Source of the DNA: Gammaproteobacteria bacterium
GTDB taxonomy: Bacteria > Pseudomonadota > Gammaproteobacteria > UBA12402
Assembly (NCBI GenBank): GCA_050123335.1
Contig: JASFHH010000001.1
Coordinates: 61,209-125,208 of the forward strand
Direction of reading: 5' to 3'
Length of the DNA stretch: 64,000 nt
Below, piece after piece: positions 1-8,831 of this stretch (position 1 is its first letter; each line of letters starts with the position of its first letter). Both the position numbers and the translations under genes were made by a program. Under the pieces are notes generated by a model. The model did no database searches, was not told the origin of the DNA, and was given only the letters and a program-made list of their open reading frames with translations.

Positions 1-28
1 AATTGTCACAGCAAGAGTGACGAAAAAT

Positions 29-406
29 TTATGTTTTTTTAGGAATTGCCAGTTCTTTTTCTTTATTCGAGTAGAAAACTAATTTATCTTTGATGTTTTT
101 TAAGTTGTTTTTTATCTCAGCTAATTTTTCTTCTACGATTTTTTGATGTTGTTTTAGTAATTTTATTCTTTCTGGAATGCTGCTATCGCCTTTGGCTCGC
201 AGTAATGCAAAAGTTTTCATATTATTAATTGACATTCCAGTAGCTTTTAGTTTTTTTAAAAATCCAATCCATTCTATATCAGCATCTGTATAATCTCTGT
301 GGCCGCTTTTGTTTTTTGCAATATTTAATAGTAAACCAATCTTTTCATAATAGCGCAAAGTGTGCGGTGATAATTCCGTACACTTTGCTGCTTGTGTAAT
401 ATTCAT
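29..406 (-). CDS. MerR-family transcriptional regulator
   Basis: 125-aa ORF. N-terminal HTH 'TELSPHTLRYYEKIGLL' is typical of MerR regulators. It lies 2 nt downstream of the SDR gene on the same strand. Confidence 0.8.
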   Translation of the reverse strand: MNITQAAKCTELSPHTLRYYEKIGLLLNIAKNKSGHRDYTDADIEWIGFLKKLKATGMSINNMKTFALLRAKGDSSIPERIKLLKQHQKIVEEKLAEIKNNLKNIKDKLVFYSNKEKELAIPKKT

Positions 407-408
407 GT

Positions 409-1185
409 CTATTTCCTGTTAACAGTAGTTATGTTTGCCTGATCAGTTGGCATGATTATCAATTCGCTAATGTTAACATGCGCAGGACATGCTGCACAGT
501 AAAGAATTGAATCCGCAACATCATCTGCTGTTAAAGGGGTCAAGCCTGCATAAAAATCTTTAGCTTTTTGTTGATCGCCTTTAAATCTAACCAAGCTGAA
601 TTCTGTTTCTACTAACCCAGGATCTACTGTAGTTACTCTGATTTTGGTGCCAAACAAATCTAAACGTAAGGCTTTAGTGATCGCATTAACTGCATGCTTA
701 GTACTAGCATACACAGTACCCTTTGCATAAACTTCATGTCCTGCAGCGGAACCTACATTAATAACGTGTCCTTGATTTCGAGCAACCATTCCAGGTAAAA
801 CTTGCTTGGTTACATATAATAGTCCTTTGAGATTTATATCAATCATATCATCCCAATCATCTAATTCTCCTTCATGGAGTTTTTGGAAACCGCGAGCTGT
901 TCCGGCATTATTAATGAGGATGTCGATGTTTTTCCATTCTGGTTCTAGGTTGTCAAATGCATCTATAACGGCTTTTTTGTTAGCAATATCTAAAGTAAAA
1001 TATTCAGCTTTCACTTTATATTTTTCTTGTAATTCTGAGACTAGTTTTCGCAATCTTTCTTTGCGGCGTGCACAAACTAGAATTTTTGCATTTTGTTTCG
1101 CAAAATGATGTGCACAGGCTTCACCGATACCGCTGGTTGCACCAGTAATCAATATAGTTTTATTTGTAAGATCATTATGTTTCAT
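409..1185 (-). CDS. Short-chain dehydrogenase/reductase (YdfG-like NADP-dependent)
   Basis: 258 aa. Rossmann motif 'ITGATSGIGEA', 'NNAG', and catalytic 'YASTK' (YxxxK). Confidence 0.85.
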   Translation of the reverse strand: MKHNDLTNKTILITGATSGIGEACAHHFAKQNAKILVCARRKERLRKLVSELQEKYKVKAEYFTLDIANKKAVIDAFDNLEPEWKNIDILINNAGTARGFQKLHEGELDDWDDMIDINLKGLLYVTKQVLPGMVARNQGHVINVGSAAGHEVYAKGTVYASTKHAVNAITKALRLDLFGTKIRVTTVDPGLVETEFSLVRFKGDQQKAKDFYAGLTPLTADDVADSILYCAACPAHVNISELIIMPTDQANITTVNRK

Positions 1186-1331
1186 TTTGTATTCCCCCTG
1201 TTAGTTGGTTCATGGCCACTATACTCCTTAGAGTTAGCTCTAAGTCAAGAGGTTTAGTGAAAATAATTAATTTCAGATGCGAAACTCGTGATATAATCTT
1301 GATTTATTCGGTTTAGAGGTAGTGAAGTATT

Positions 1332-2303
1332 ATGGCCTTTTTGGACGCAGCACCAAAAATTTTAATTATCAAGCCGTCTTCTCTTGGTGACATTATTCAT
1401 GGATTGCAAGTAGCGCAATCGATAAAAGAGCAATTGCCTGATTGTACAATTGATTGGGTGGTGCGCGAGCGTTTTTTTGATATTGTAGATAGTTGTAATA
1501 CTGTGGATGATATATTTATTTATTATCGTAAAGGCGGGTGGGGCGCGTTTAAAAAACTTATTAAGCAGATTAGGCAAAAGCAATATGATTATGTGTTTGA
1601 TTTTCAGGGTTTGCTGCGTAGCGGTATTATGACGTTTTTTGCCAGAGGAAATAAAAAAATAGGGCGTAAGGACGCTCGCGAATTTAGTAAGTTTTGTTAT
1701 CAGCAAAAAGTTGCTTTACCTAAAGGTAAAAAACCTTTTCATGCAATGGATATTTTATTGCAATTTTTGTCGGTTTTGGGGTTAAAAGCTGAGCTTGTTG
1801 GACATTTGCAATATCAAACGGAAGATTTAACTTCGGTAGATAAGAGACTTGCATCCTGTAATCCGATTGTGATTATGCCTTCCAGTAGAAATGCAAAAAA
1901 AGAATGGCAAGGGTTTGCTGAATTAACTGATAAAATCTTAACAACATTTCCAGACGAATTTGTTTGTTGGAATGGACACATAAAGATTGAAGCAGATAAA
2001 TTTGAAGAACATCCGCGATTTATTAATACTACAGGCAAAACTAATATTCGCCAAATGATAAGTTTGATTGCGCAGTCACGCATGGTAATTGCTAATGATA
2101 GCGGGCCGATGCATTTGGCGGCGGCGATGAACAAACCAGTAATCGGAATATTTGGACCTACTTCAGCAAAACGTTTTGGTCCGTATCCGCAAACAAGAGA
2201 TACTAATGTTGTCATTACTGCTCCGGATAATGATTTAACTAAATTATCGGTTGATGCGGTGTTTGGTTTATTCAAAAGATGTTTGCATTTACAGGAAGTT
2301 TGA
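1332..2303 (+). CDS. Glycosyltransferase family 9 (LPS heptosyltransferase-like)
   Basis: 323 aa. 'ILIIKPSSLGDIIH' N-terminus and 'NDSGPMHLAAAMNKP' C-terminal motif are typical of ADP-heptose:LPS heptosyltransferases. Confidence 0.75.
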   Translation: MAFLDAAPKILIIKPSSLGDIIHGLQVAQSIKEQLPDCTIDWVVRERFFDIVDSCNTVDDIFIYYRKGGWGAFKKLIKQIRQKQYDYVFDFQGLLRSGIMTFFARGNKKIGRKDAREFSKFCYQQKVALPKGKKPFHAMDILLQFLSVLGLKAELVGHLQYQTEDLTSVDKRLASCNPIVIMPSSRNAKKEWQGFAELTDKILTTFPDEFVCWNGHIKIEADKFEEHPRFINTTGKTNIRQMISLIAQSRMVIANDSGPMHLAAAMNKPVIGIFGPTSAKRFGPYPQTRDTNVVITAPDNDLTKLSVDAVFGLFKRCLHLQEV

Positions 2304-2471
2304 TTATACTAATACGCATGAATACAAAAATCCTATATACATATTGTTCACCGATACAATCACCTAGCAAGCGGGCTAATTCGTTCGTTTAAATTCTTTA
2401 AGCGGATGATTAGTCCGCGTTCTCAAAAATCTATTTAAATAAAATCATTTTTAATTAATATTATTATAAGG

Positions 2472-2597
2472 TCAGGACTTACGCGAAAAGATGAGATGCG
2501 AGAAAAAAGCGAGCGGAAGGAGGGAGTTTATAAATAATAAATGACCGAGCTTCCGCGAGCTTTTAACAAAGCAGATCGCTTTTCGCGTAAGTCCTGA
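2472..2597. repeat. MITE-like palindromic element (family A); 19-bp perfect terminal inverted repeats
   Basis: Left arm 'tcaggacttacgcgaaaag' (2472-2490) is the exact reverse complement of 2579-2597. The core '...ggagtttataaataataaatga...' resembles the core of the element at 44863-44982. Confidence 0.8.
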
Positions 2598-2608
2598 AGG
2601 TGAATTAT

Positions 2609-3865
2609 ATGAAAATTCGTAAATTGAATATAACAGCTATTATTGTATGTAGTTTGGCATCATTTTTTTATTTGTATGACTTTTTATTGCGGGTTATGCC
2701 AAGTGCAATGACCAATGATTTAATGAGTCATTTTCATATTGGAGCAGCAAGATTGGGAGTTATGTTAGCGATTTTTTATTATGCTTATGCGCCAATGCAA
2801 TTGCCTGCTGGATTATTGTTTGATCGTGTAGGAACAAGGTTGTTATTAACCATAATGGTGCTGGTGTGTGCAGTCGGTACGTTACTTTTTGGTATTACTG
2901 ATAACATAATGATTGCAACTATCGGTCGATTTTTAATTGGTTTTTCTTCAGCTTTTGCATTTCTAGGTGCATTGGTATTAGCAGCACGTTGGTTGCCGCA
3001 TAAATATTTTGCGTTATTTGTTGGCTTAGTACAATTGCTTGGTTGTGCGGGAGCGATTGTAGGAGAAGCACCTATTGCTGTTGCAGTTGAACATTTTGGT
3101 TGGCAAAAAACTAATTTTGCAGCGGCATTAATCGGGTTTGTATTAGCAATATTATTTTGGGTTTTGCTGCGTGATCATCCTGAAGGTGCAGTCATTGAAA
3201 ATAAAAAATCTGCTAATGTGTTAAAACAATTATCTGCGGTTTTGAAAAATTTGCAAAATTGGTGGGTTGGCTTGTATGCTTTTGCTATCTGGGCGCCTGC
3301 AAGCATATTTGCAGTATTGTGGGGAGTCCCTTTTCTTATGACCTTTTATCAAATCAGTGCATCTGCTGCTTCTTTCGCTGTATCACTAGTGTGGGTTGGA
3401 ATTGGAATTGGTTGTCCTTTAGTTGGTTGGTGGTCAGATCATGTTGGCAAGCGTTGTTTGCCATTATATGTAACATCTTTTTTAGGTGTTATTACATCCT
3501 GTTTAATTTTGTATCTCAACAATACTTCAATATATTTGATGGATGTATGGTTATTTTTATTGGGAGTGAGTATTTCAGGAATGGTAATTACTTTTGGTTT
3601 GATTAAAGATATCAATGCTTCATCAGTTACTGGCACAGCTAACGGTTTCAATAATATGGCGGTTTTAATTGGCGGAATTATTTTTCAGCCTATGGTGGGA
3701 TTTATTTTACATGCTCTGTGGAATGGGAAATTAGTAAATAATATTCCAGTTTATAGCTTGTCTAATTATAAAATTGCGCTTAGTATTGTACCACTGTGTT
3801 TTGTGATAGCATTGCTTGCCGGTGTGTTTTTTATCAAAGAAACCCATTGTATAAAATCAAGATGA
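2609..3865 (+). CDS. MFS transporter
   Basis: About 12 predicted hydrophobic helices and the MFS loop motif 'GLLFDRVGTR'. The ATG at 2609 is preceded by 'gaagg'; the ORF track starts at GTG 2600. Confidence 0.8.
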   Translation: MKIRKLNITAIIVCSLASFFYLYDFLLRVMPSAMTNDLMSHFHIGAARLGVMLAIFYYAYAPMQLPAGLLFDRVGTRLLLTIMVLVCAVGTLLFGITDNIMIATIGRFLIGFSSAFAFLGALVLAARWLPHKYFALFVGLVQLLGCAGAIVGEAPIAVAVEHFGWQKTNFAAALIGFVLAILFWVLLRDHPEGAVIENKKSANVLKQLSAVLKNLQNWWVGLYAFAIWAPASIFAVLWGVPFLMTFYQISASAASFAVSLVWVGIGIGCPLVGWWSDHVGKRCLPLYVTSFLGVITSCLILYLNNTSIYLMDVWLFLLGVSISGMVITFGLIKDINASSVTGTANGFNNMAVLIGGIIFQPMVGFILHALWNGKLVNNIPVYSLSNYKIALSIVPLCFVIALLAGVFFIKETHCIKSR

Positions 3866-3875
3866 GGTAGATTTT

Positions 3876-4637
3876 ATGGTGCAAATATCCGCGATTGTGT
3901 TAACCAAAAATGAAGAAGATCGTATTATGAAATGTTTACAATCTCTTGATTGGGTTGATGAAATTATTGTGTTTGATGCTGGTAGTACCGATCAAACTTG
4001 TGAAATTGCAAAACAATTTAATACTAAAGTTTTTGTTCAGCCTAATTGGGAAGGTTTTGGTAAGCAAAGAGTATTAGCGCAGGAAAAAGCAACAGGTGAT
4101 TGGATTTTAATGATTGATGCAGATGAAGAGGTGACAGAGAATTTGCGTTGCGAAATTCAAGCCAAATTAGCTGATAATGTTTTAAATACAGCTTATGCTA
4201 TACCGCGTTCTTCGTGGGTATTTGGCAAACAGCTTAAGCATTGTTGGTGTCCGGATTATGTGTTGCGTTTATATCCTAGAAATAAAGGTAGATATGCAGC
4301 AAAAGATTTAGTGCATGAAAGAGTTTATTTGGATGCTAATGTTAAGATAATGAAGTTAAAACATCCTTTGTGGCATTTTACCTATCGGGATTTAAATCAT
4401 TATTTTGTAAAGTCAAATGAATATACAAAAGCCTGGGCAGAAAAGGCTTATCGGGCAGGCAAGCGCACTAATTTATTTCAAGCTATCATACATGCTGCCA
4501 GCAGTTTTTTTAAAAATTATTTTATTGATATGGGTTTTTTAGATGGCAAGCAGGGGTTTTTGATATCCATTTTAAGTGCGCATGCTGCTTTTAATAAATA
4601 TGCTTATTTATTGGTAAAGTGGTGGAAAAACCAGTAA
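3876..4637 (+). CDS. Glycosyltransferase family 2 (LPS core biosynthesis, KdtX/WaaE-like)
   Basis: 253 aa. 'ISAIVLTKNEE', 'IIVFDAGSTDQT' and 'LMIDADEE' (DxD) are typical of GT2. Confidence 0.75.
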   Translation: MVQISAIVLTKNEEDRIMKCLQSLDWVDEIIVFDAGSTDQTCEIAKQFNTKVFVQPNWEGFGKQRVLAQEKATGDWILMIDADEEVTENLRCEIQAKLADNVLNTAYAIPRSSWVFGKQLKHCWCPDYVLRLYPRNKGRYAAKDLVHERVYLDANVKIMKLKHPLWHFTYRDLNHYFVKSNEYTKAWAEKAYRAGKRTNLFQAIIHAASSFFKNYFIDMGFLDGKQGFLISILSAHAAFNKYAYLLVKWWKNQ

Positions 4638-4689
4638 AAAGTAGTATTTTTATCCGGTTTGTGTCCATGAAAGTTTTTAAATTGAACTA

Positions 4690-4797
4690 AAGCAATATTG
4701 AGTATGTGTTTTAAGCCTCAATGGCACGTCCATGTGCCTCCCGATTGCGCATCCAGGGCAATCTATTCGGCTTAAAACACATATTTAATATTGCCTT
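4690..4797. repeat. MITE-like palindromic element (family B) with GC-rich core hairpin
   Basis: AT-rich arms of about 28 bp (4690-4717 and 4769-4797, 2 mismatches). The core hairpin 'ggcacgtccatgtgcc' (4723-4738) is related to the cores at 15094-15109 and 21702-21721. Confidence 0.75.
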
Positions 4798-4938
4798 AAA
4801 ACTTAATATCTCATTTTTTGGTGCAAACCAGATAGACATAAAAATAGCACAAAAAATGCACAATATTGCTTCCGTTCTTGATGCTCTATAGTTTATATAA
4901 TATACTGCTGTGCTTAAAGACAAACCTTGAGGATTCTT

Positions 4939-5787
4939 ATGAAAAACATTGTTGTGCTTGCCAAGCAAGTGCCTGATACGGCAAATATTACCGGTGACGC
5001 TATGAAAGAAGACGGCACCGTAAATCGTGCTAATCTGCCAGCTATTTTTAATCCGGAAGATTTAAATGCTTTAGAAATGGCGTTGGAAATCAAAGATCAA
5101 ACCGATGCAAAAGTTTTTGTCGTCACGATGGGTCCGCCTAAAGCGGTTGAAGTGTTAAAACATGCTTTATACATGGGTGCAGATGAGGTGATGATGATTT
5201 CAGACCGCAAATTTGCTGGCGCTGATACACTTGCTACTTCTTATGTTTTGGCTGGCGCGATCGAAAAAATTGGTAAAGTAGATTTAGTGCTTGCTGGTCG
5301 TCAGGCGATTGATGGCGATACTGCGCAAGTTGGTCCACAAGTTGCCGATAAATTGGGATTCAATCAAATTACTTACGTGTCGCGTTTAAGTGAAGTTGGT
5401 AAAGATTATTTAGTAGTGGAACGTGATGGTGAAGTGCAAACGGAAATTATTAAAACTAAATTACCAGCTTTGTTGACGGTGACTAGTGAAGCAAACGAAC
5501 CACGTTATCCAAATTGTTTGAACATGCTGAAATATTTTCGTGCGGATTTAGAAAGTAAAATTGATAATGTTGAAGTTGCGAAAAAAAATAATTGGATTAT
5601 TGCGCAAAAAGGTTTAGATGATTTAGGTTTAGATGAAAACCGTTGTGGTTTAAAAGGCAGTCCAACCAAAGTGCATAAAATTAAAAGCATAACTTTAGCT
5701 GGCGGTGACATGAAAATGTATGATGCAGATCGTTCGGGAATTAAACAGTTAATTAAAGATATTACCAAAGAATATATCGAGGAATGA
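4939..5787 (+). CDS. etfB: Electron transfer flavoprotein beta (small) subunit
   Basis: 'KQVPDT' and 'GRQAIDGDTAQVGPQ' motifs. SD 'gagga' lies 5 nt before ATG 4939. The stop overlaps the etfA start (ATGA). Confidence 0.85.
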   Translation: MKNIVVLAKQVPDTANITGDAMKEDGTVNRANLPAIFNPEDLNALEMALEIKDQTDAKVFVVTMGPPKAVEVLKHALYMGADEVMMISDRKFAGADTLATSYVLAGAIEKIGKVDLVLAGRQAIDGDTAQVGPQVADKLGFNQITYVSRLSEVGKDYLVVERDGEVQTEIIKTKLPALLTVTSEANEPRYPNCLNMLKYFRADLESKIDNVEVAKKNNWIIAQKGLDDLGLDENRCGLKGSPTKVHKIKSITLAGGDMKMYDADRSGIKQLIKDITKEYIEE

Positions 5788-6785
5788 TGATGAAAACAAT
5801 TGTTTATATAGAAAAAAATCCATTAACTAAACAACTTCGTAATGTTAGTTTAGAGTTAGCATATAAGGCTTATTCGTTAATGAAGCCTTTTAATGGGGAA
5901 GTAATTGGTGTTTTTGTTGGTGACGAATTACCAACTGACGCTGAAGAATTATTTAAATATGGTATTAATCGCATTATTTATTATAACAATCCAAAGTTAG
6001 CGGGTATTCAGTCAATTGCATACAAAAATATTCTGGAGCAAATGATTAAAGCGGAAGAGCCGGATATTGTTTTATTTGGTGCGACCCATAATGGACGTGA
6101 TGTTGCGCCGTTAATTGCATCATCATTAAGAGCTGGTTTAACTGCAGATTGTACGCAGCTTTATATTGATGATTACAAAGACAAAGGCAAAATTTTATAT
6201 CAAATGCGTCCGGCATTTGGCGGAAATATTTTAGCGACAATTATTACTCCGGATGATCGGCCAATGATGGCTACTGCGCGTGAAGGTGTAATGTTGTTAC
6301 CAGAAAAAAAATTAGATCATTCAGTTAAACTCGAAAAATTTAATGCTGATTTTAAAGACGAATGGGTATTAAATGAGTTCTTAGATATTATTCCTAAACG
6401 TAGAAAAGTTGATTTTTCTGTAGCAAATATTGTGGTTTCTGGCGGCGCTGGAGTTGGTAGCAAAGAAAATTTTGATTTAATTCATCAATTAGCGCATGCG
6501 CTTAAAGGTGTTGCAGGTGCATCGCGTGCTGCGGTTGATTTTGGTTTCATCGAAAAAGATCATCAGGTTGGACAAACCGGCTCGGTAGTGCGGCCAAAAC
6601 TTTATATTGCATGCGGTATTTCCGGCCAAATTCAACATCGTGCAGGAATGGAAGAATCCAAAAAAATTATTGCGATAAATAAAGATCCGGATGCTCCAAT
6701 TTTTGGTGTGGCGCATTGTGGAATTGTTGGTGATTTGCATGAAGTTATTCCGGTCATGCTGCATTATTTGAAAGAGGAAGCGTAA
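5784..6785 (+). CDS. etfA: Electron transfer flavoprotein alpha (large) subunit
   Basis: 333 aa. The C-terminal FAD-binding region 'YIACGISGQIQHRAGM' is typical of EtfA. Translationally coupled to both neighbours. Confidence 0.85.
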   Translation: MMMKTIVYIEKNPLTKQLRNVSLELAYKAYSLMKPFNGEVIGVFVGDELPTDAEELFKYGINRIIYYNNPKLAGIQSIAYKNILEQMIKAEEPDIVLFGATHNGRDVAPLIASSLRAGLTADCTQLYIDDYKDKGKILYQMRPAFGGNILATIITPDDRPMMATAREGVMLLPEKKLDHSVKLEKFNADFKDEWVLNEFLDIIPKRRKVDFSVANIVVSGGAGVGSKENFDLIHQLAHALKGVAGASRAAVDFGFIEKDHQVGQTGSVVRPKLYIACGISGQIQHRAGMEESKKIIAINKDPDAPIFGVAHCGIVGDLHEVIPVMLHYLKEEA

Positions 6786-8489
6786 ATGAATTACTATACA
6801 CAAAATCGAAAATTTTATTTAGAACAAATTGATTTAGAGCCGGTTGCTCGCGATTTAGAAAAGAACTTTGAGAGTAAAGATGCGTACACTTTACACTCTC
6901 TTGATGAGGCTTGGAAATGGTACAACATGGCATTAGAAAATGCTGGAAGTATTTGTGCGGATTTTATCGAACCGCGCGCCGAAGAGGTTGATGAAAAAGG
7001 TGCGCGTTTTGATAGCGGTGTGGTGCATTGGGCGGATGCAACCAAAGAAAACATGAAAACATTAGCGCAGGCTGGTTATACAGGTGGAACGCTCGAACGT
7101 AAGTATGGTGGGCTTAATTTACCAGTTACGGTTAATACTGTAATTGTTGAAATGGTTTCGCAGGCTGATGCAAGCTTAATGAATTTATTTGGATTACAGG
7201 ATATTGCAGTTACAGTCAGTAAGTTTGGATCCGAGGAGCAGAAAGATCGTGTGCTGCCGAAATTTGCTAAAGGTGAAGTTAGCGGTTCGATGGCGCTAAC
7301 TGAACCGGATGCTGGAAGTGATCTTCCTTCAGTAATGTGTAAAGCGATTGAAAAAAACGGCAAATGGTATTTGGATGGGGTAAAACGTTTTATTACCAAT
7401 GGTTGTGGTGATGTGTCGTTGGTGTTAGCGCGTACTGAAGAAGGCACTAAAGATGCGCGTGGTCTTAGTATGATGCTGTATGAACGTTATCGTGATGATA
7501 ATATGATTGTACGTCGTATTGAAAGCAAAATGGGAATTCATGGATCACCTACGTGTGAATTACAATTTAATCTGGCTGAATGTGAGTTAGTTGGCAAGCG
7601 TAAATTTGGTTTAATCAAATATGTTATGAGCTTAATGAATGGTGCACGGCTTGGTATTTCCGCCCAAGCTTTGGGAATTGCGCAAGCAGCTTTAAATGAA
7701 GCAGTAAGTTATGCCAATGAGCGTGAACAATTCAAACAAAAGATTGTAAATTTTCCGGCGGTATATCAAATGCTGAAAAAATCACAAGTCGAAGTCGAAA
7801 CTGCTAGGGCGCTTTTGTACGATACTGCTTATTATGTTGATCTTCAAGAAATGTATGAACGCAAAATGGAACGCGGTGAAGATGTTAGAAAATTAAAACA
7901 AGCAGCAACTGCGATGGCAAACTTCTTAACGCCGTTAAGCAAATTTGTTTCAACCGAAATGGCAAACAAAGTTTGTTATGATGCAGTTCAAATTCATGGC
8001 GGTTGCGGTTTTATGAAAGATTTTCCGGTGTCACGGCTTGCGCGTGATGCCAGAATTACCAATATTTACGAAGGAACTTCGCAATTACAAGTGGTGGCAG
8101 TACTTGCCAGCATTAATTCGAAAATTTTTGATCGTGTGTTAGAAGAATATAAAGCTTTAGATATTTCCAACTTAAAAAATGAACGTGAACAAGTGCTCAA
8201 TTTAATGGAGCAATGCAATACATCGATCGAAAAAGCTAAATCACTCGATTCCAAAGAATTTTTAGATTACATTGGCAATTATTTAGTAGAAATGGTTTCG
8301 ATCGCATATCGTTTAATGCTATTTATCAAAATTGCCGATAAACACGAATCTAAACGCGATTTATTTAATTTCTATTTAGCTGAATCTGAGGTTCGGATGC
8401 AATATTTGGCTGATACCATCAATAAATTAATGTCGGTTTATGGTGATAAAATTGATGTGTTAAAGGAAGATTTTATCGCCCATATTTAA
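6786..8489 (+). CDS. Acyl-CoA dehydrogenase, long form (567 aa)
   Basis: 'LTEPDAGSD', 'ITNG' and 'IYEGTSQLQ' are ACAD motifs. The start codon directly abuts the etfA stop. It has N- and C-terminal extensions relative to ACADs of about 380 aa. Confidence 0.8.
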   Translation: MNYYTQNRKFYLEQIDLEPVARDLEKNFESKDAYTLHSLDEAWKWYNMALENAGSICADFIEPRAEEVDEKGARFDSGVVHWADATKENMKTLAQAGYTGGTLERKYGGLNLPVTVNTVIVEMVSQADASLMNLFGLQDIAVTVSKFGSEEQKDRVLPKFAKGEVSGSMALTEPDAGSDLPSVMCKAIEKNGKWYLDGVKRFITNGCGDVSLVLARTEEGTKDARGLSMMLYERYRDDNMIVRRIESKMGIHGSPTCELQFNLAECELVGKRKFGLIKYVMSLMNGARLGISAQALGIAQAALNEAVSYANEREQFKQKIVNFPAVYQMLKKSQVEVETARALLYDTAYYVDLQEMYERKMERGEDVRKLKQAATAMANFLTPLSKFVSTEMANKVCYDAVQIHGGCGFMKDFPVSRLARDARITNIYEGTSQLQVVAVLASINSKIFDRVLEEYKALDISNLKNEREQVLNLMEQCNTSIEKAKSLDSKEFLDYIGNYLVEMVSIAYRLMLFIKIADKHESKRDLFNFYLAESEVRMQYLADTINKLMSVYGDKIDVLKEDFIAHI

Positions 8490-8535
8490 TGCTATATTTT
8501 CAGTTAGTTATCTCGCCGTTCAAAAAAATCAGGCA

Positions 8536-8636
8536 TTAATGGAATGGTTCCTCCTTGCTTATATGCTTAATATGAAGTCTCATATTATGGCTCATTTAAA
8601 AGCTGGATTATAGTAAGGCAGGAACTATTCCATTAA
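8536..8636. repeat. MITE-like palindromic element
   Basis: Arms 'ttaatggaatggttcctccttgctta' and 'tagtaaggcaggaactattccattaa' pair at about 22 of 26 positions. There is a small central hairpin 'taatatga-agtc-tcatatta'. Confidence 0.7.
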
Positions 8637-8727
8637 CGTCGGTTGGGATAATGGGCCCAATCTATAATCTATTGAAAAATAATGTGTTTTTTTAGCAACC
8701 AAGCCTATCGATATTTTTTATGCGGTA

Positions 8728-8789
8728 TTGCGCAAGTTAATTTGCAAATATAAACTTGCGCAAAAAAGCTAAAATGCGATATTGCGCAA
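8728..8789. promoter_or_regulatory. Array of three TTGCGCAA palindromes (putative operator) upstream of the ATPase gene
   Basis: TTGCGCAA occurs at 8728-8735, 8756-8763 and 8782-8789. The first and third sites sit in a 17-nt direct repeat GCG(G/A)TATTGCGCAA(G/A)TT. A TTTGCAAA palindrome lies at 8741-8748, and a 'tatgat' -10-like box lies downstream. Confidence 0.35.
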
Positions 8790-8831
8790 ATTTCAAAGAG
8801 GTGGTATGATTAGCCAACTTTGGAGGATATT

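Noticed and set aside
4711-4968. 85-aa minus-strand ORF upstream of etfB.
   Set aside because: It runs through the palindromic element 4690-4797 and the etfB promoter and start region. Its peptide ('..PWMRNREAHGRAIEA') is repeat-derived.
806-8254. Numerous 60-150-aa ORFs overlapping larger genes, either antisense or in an alternative frame of the same strand. Examples are 806-1108, 1362-1706, 1814-2275, 3259-3606, 5505-5768, 6489-6803, 7076-7447 and 8066-8254. Similar ones occur throughout the window.
   Set aside because: They lie entirely inside longer ORFs that have clear family motifs. They have low-complexity composition typical of AT-rich shadow frames and no SD sequences.
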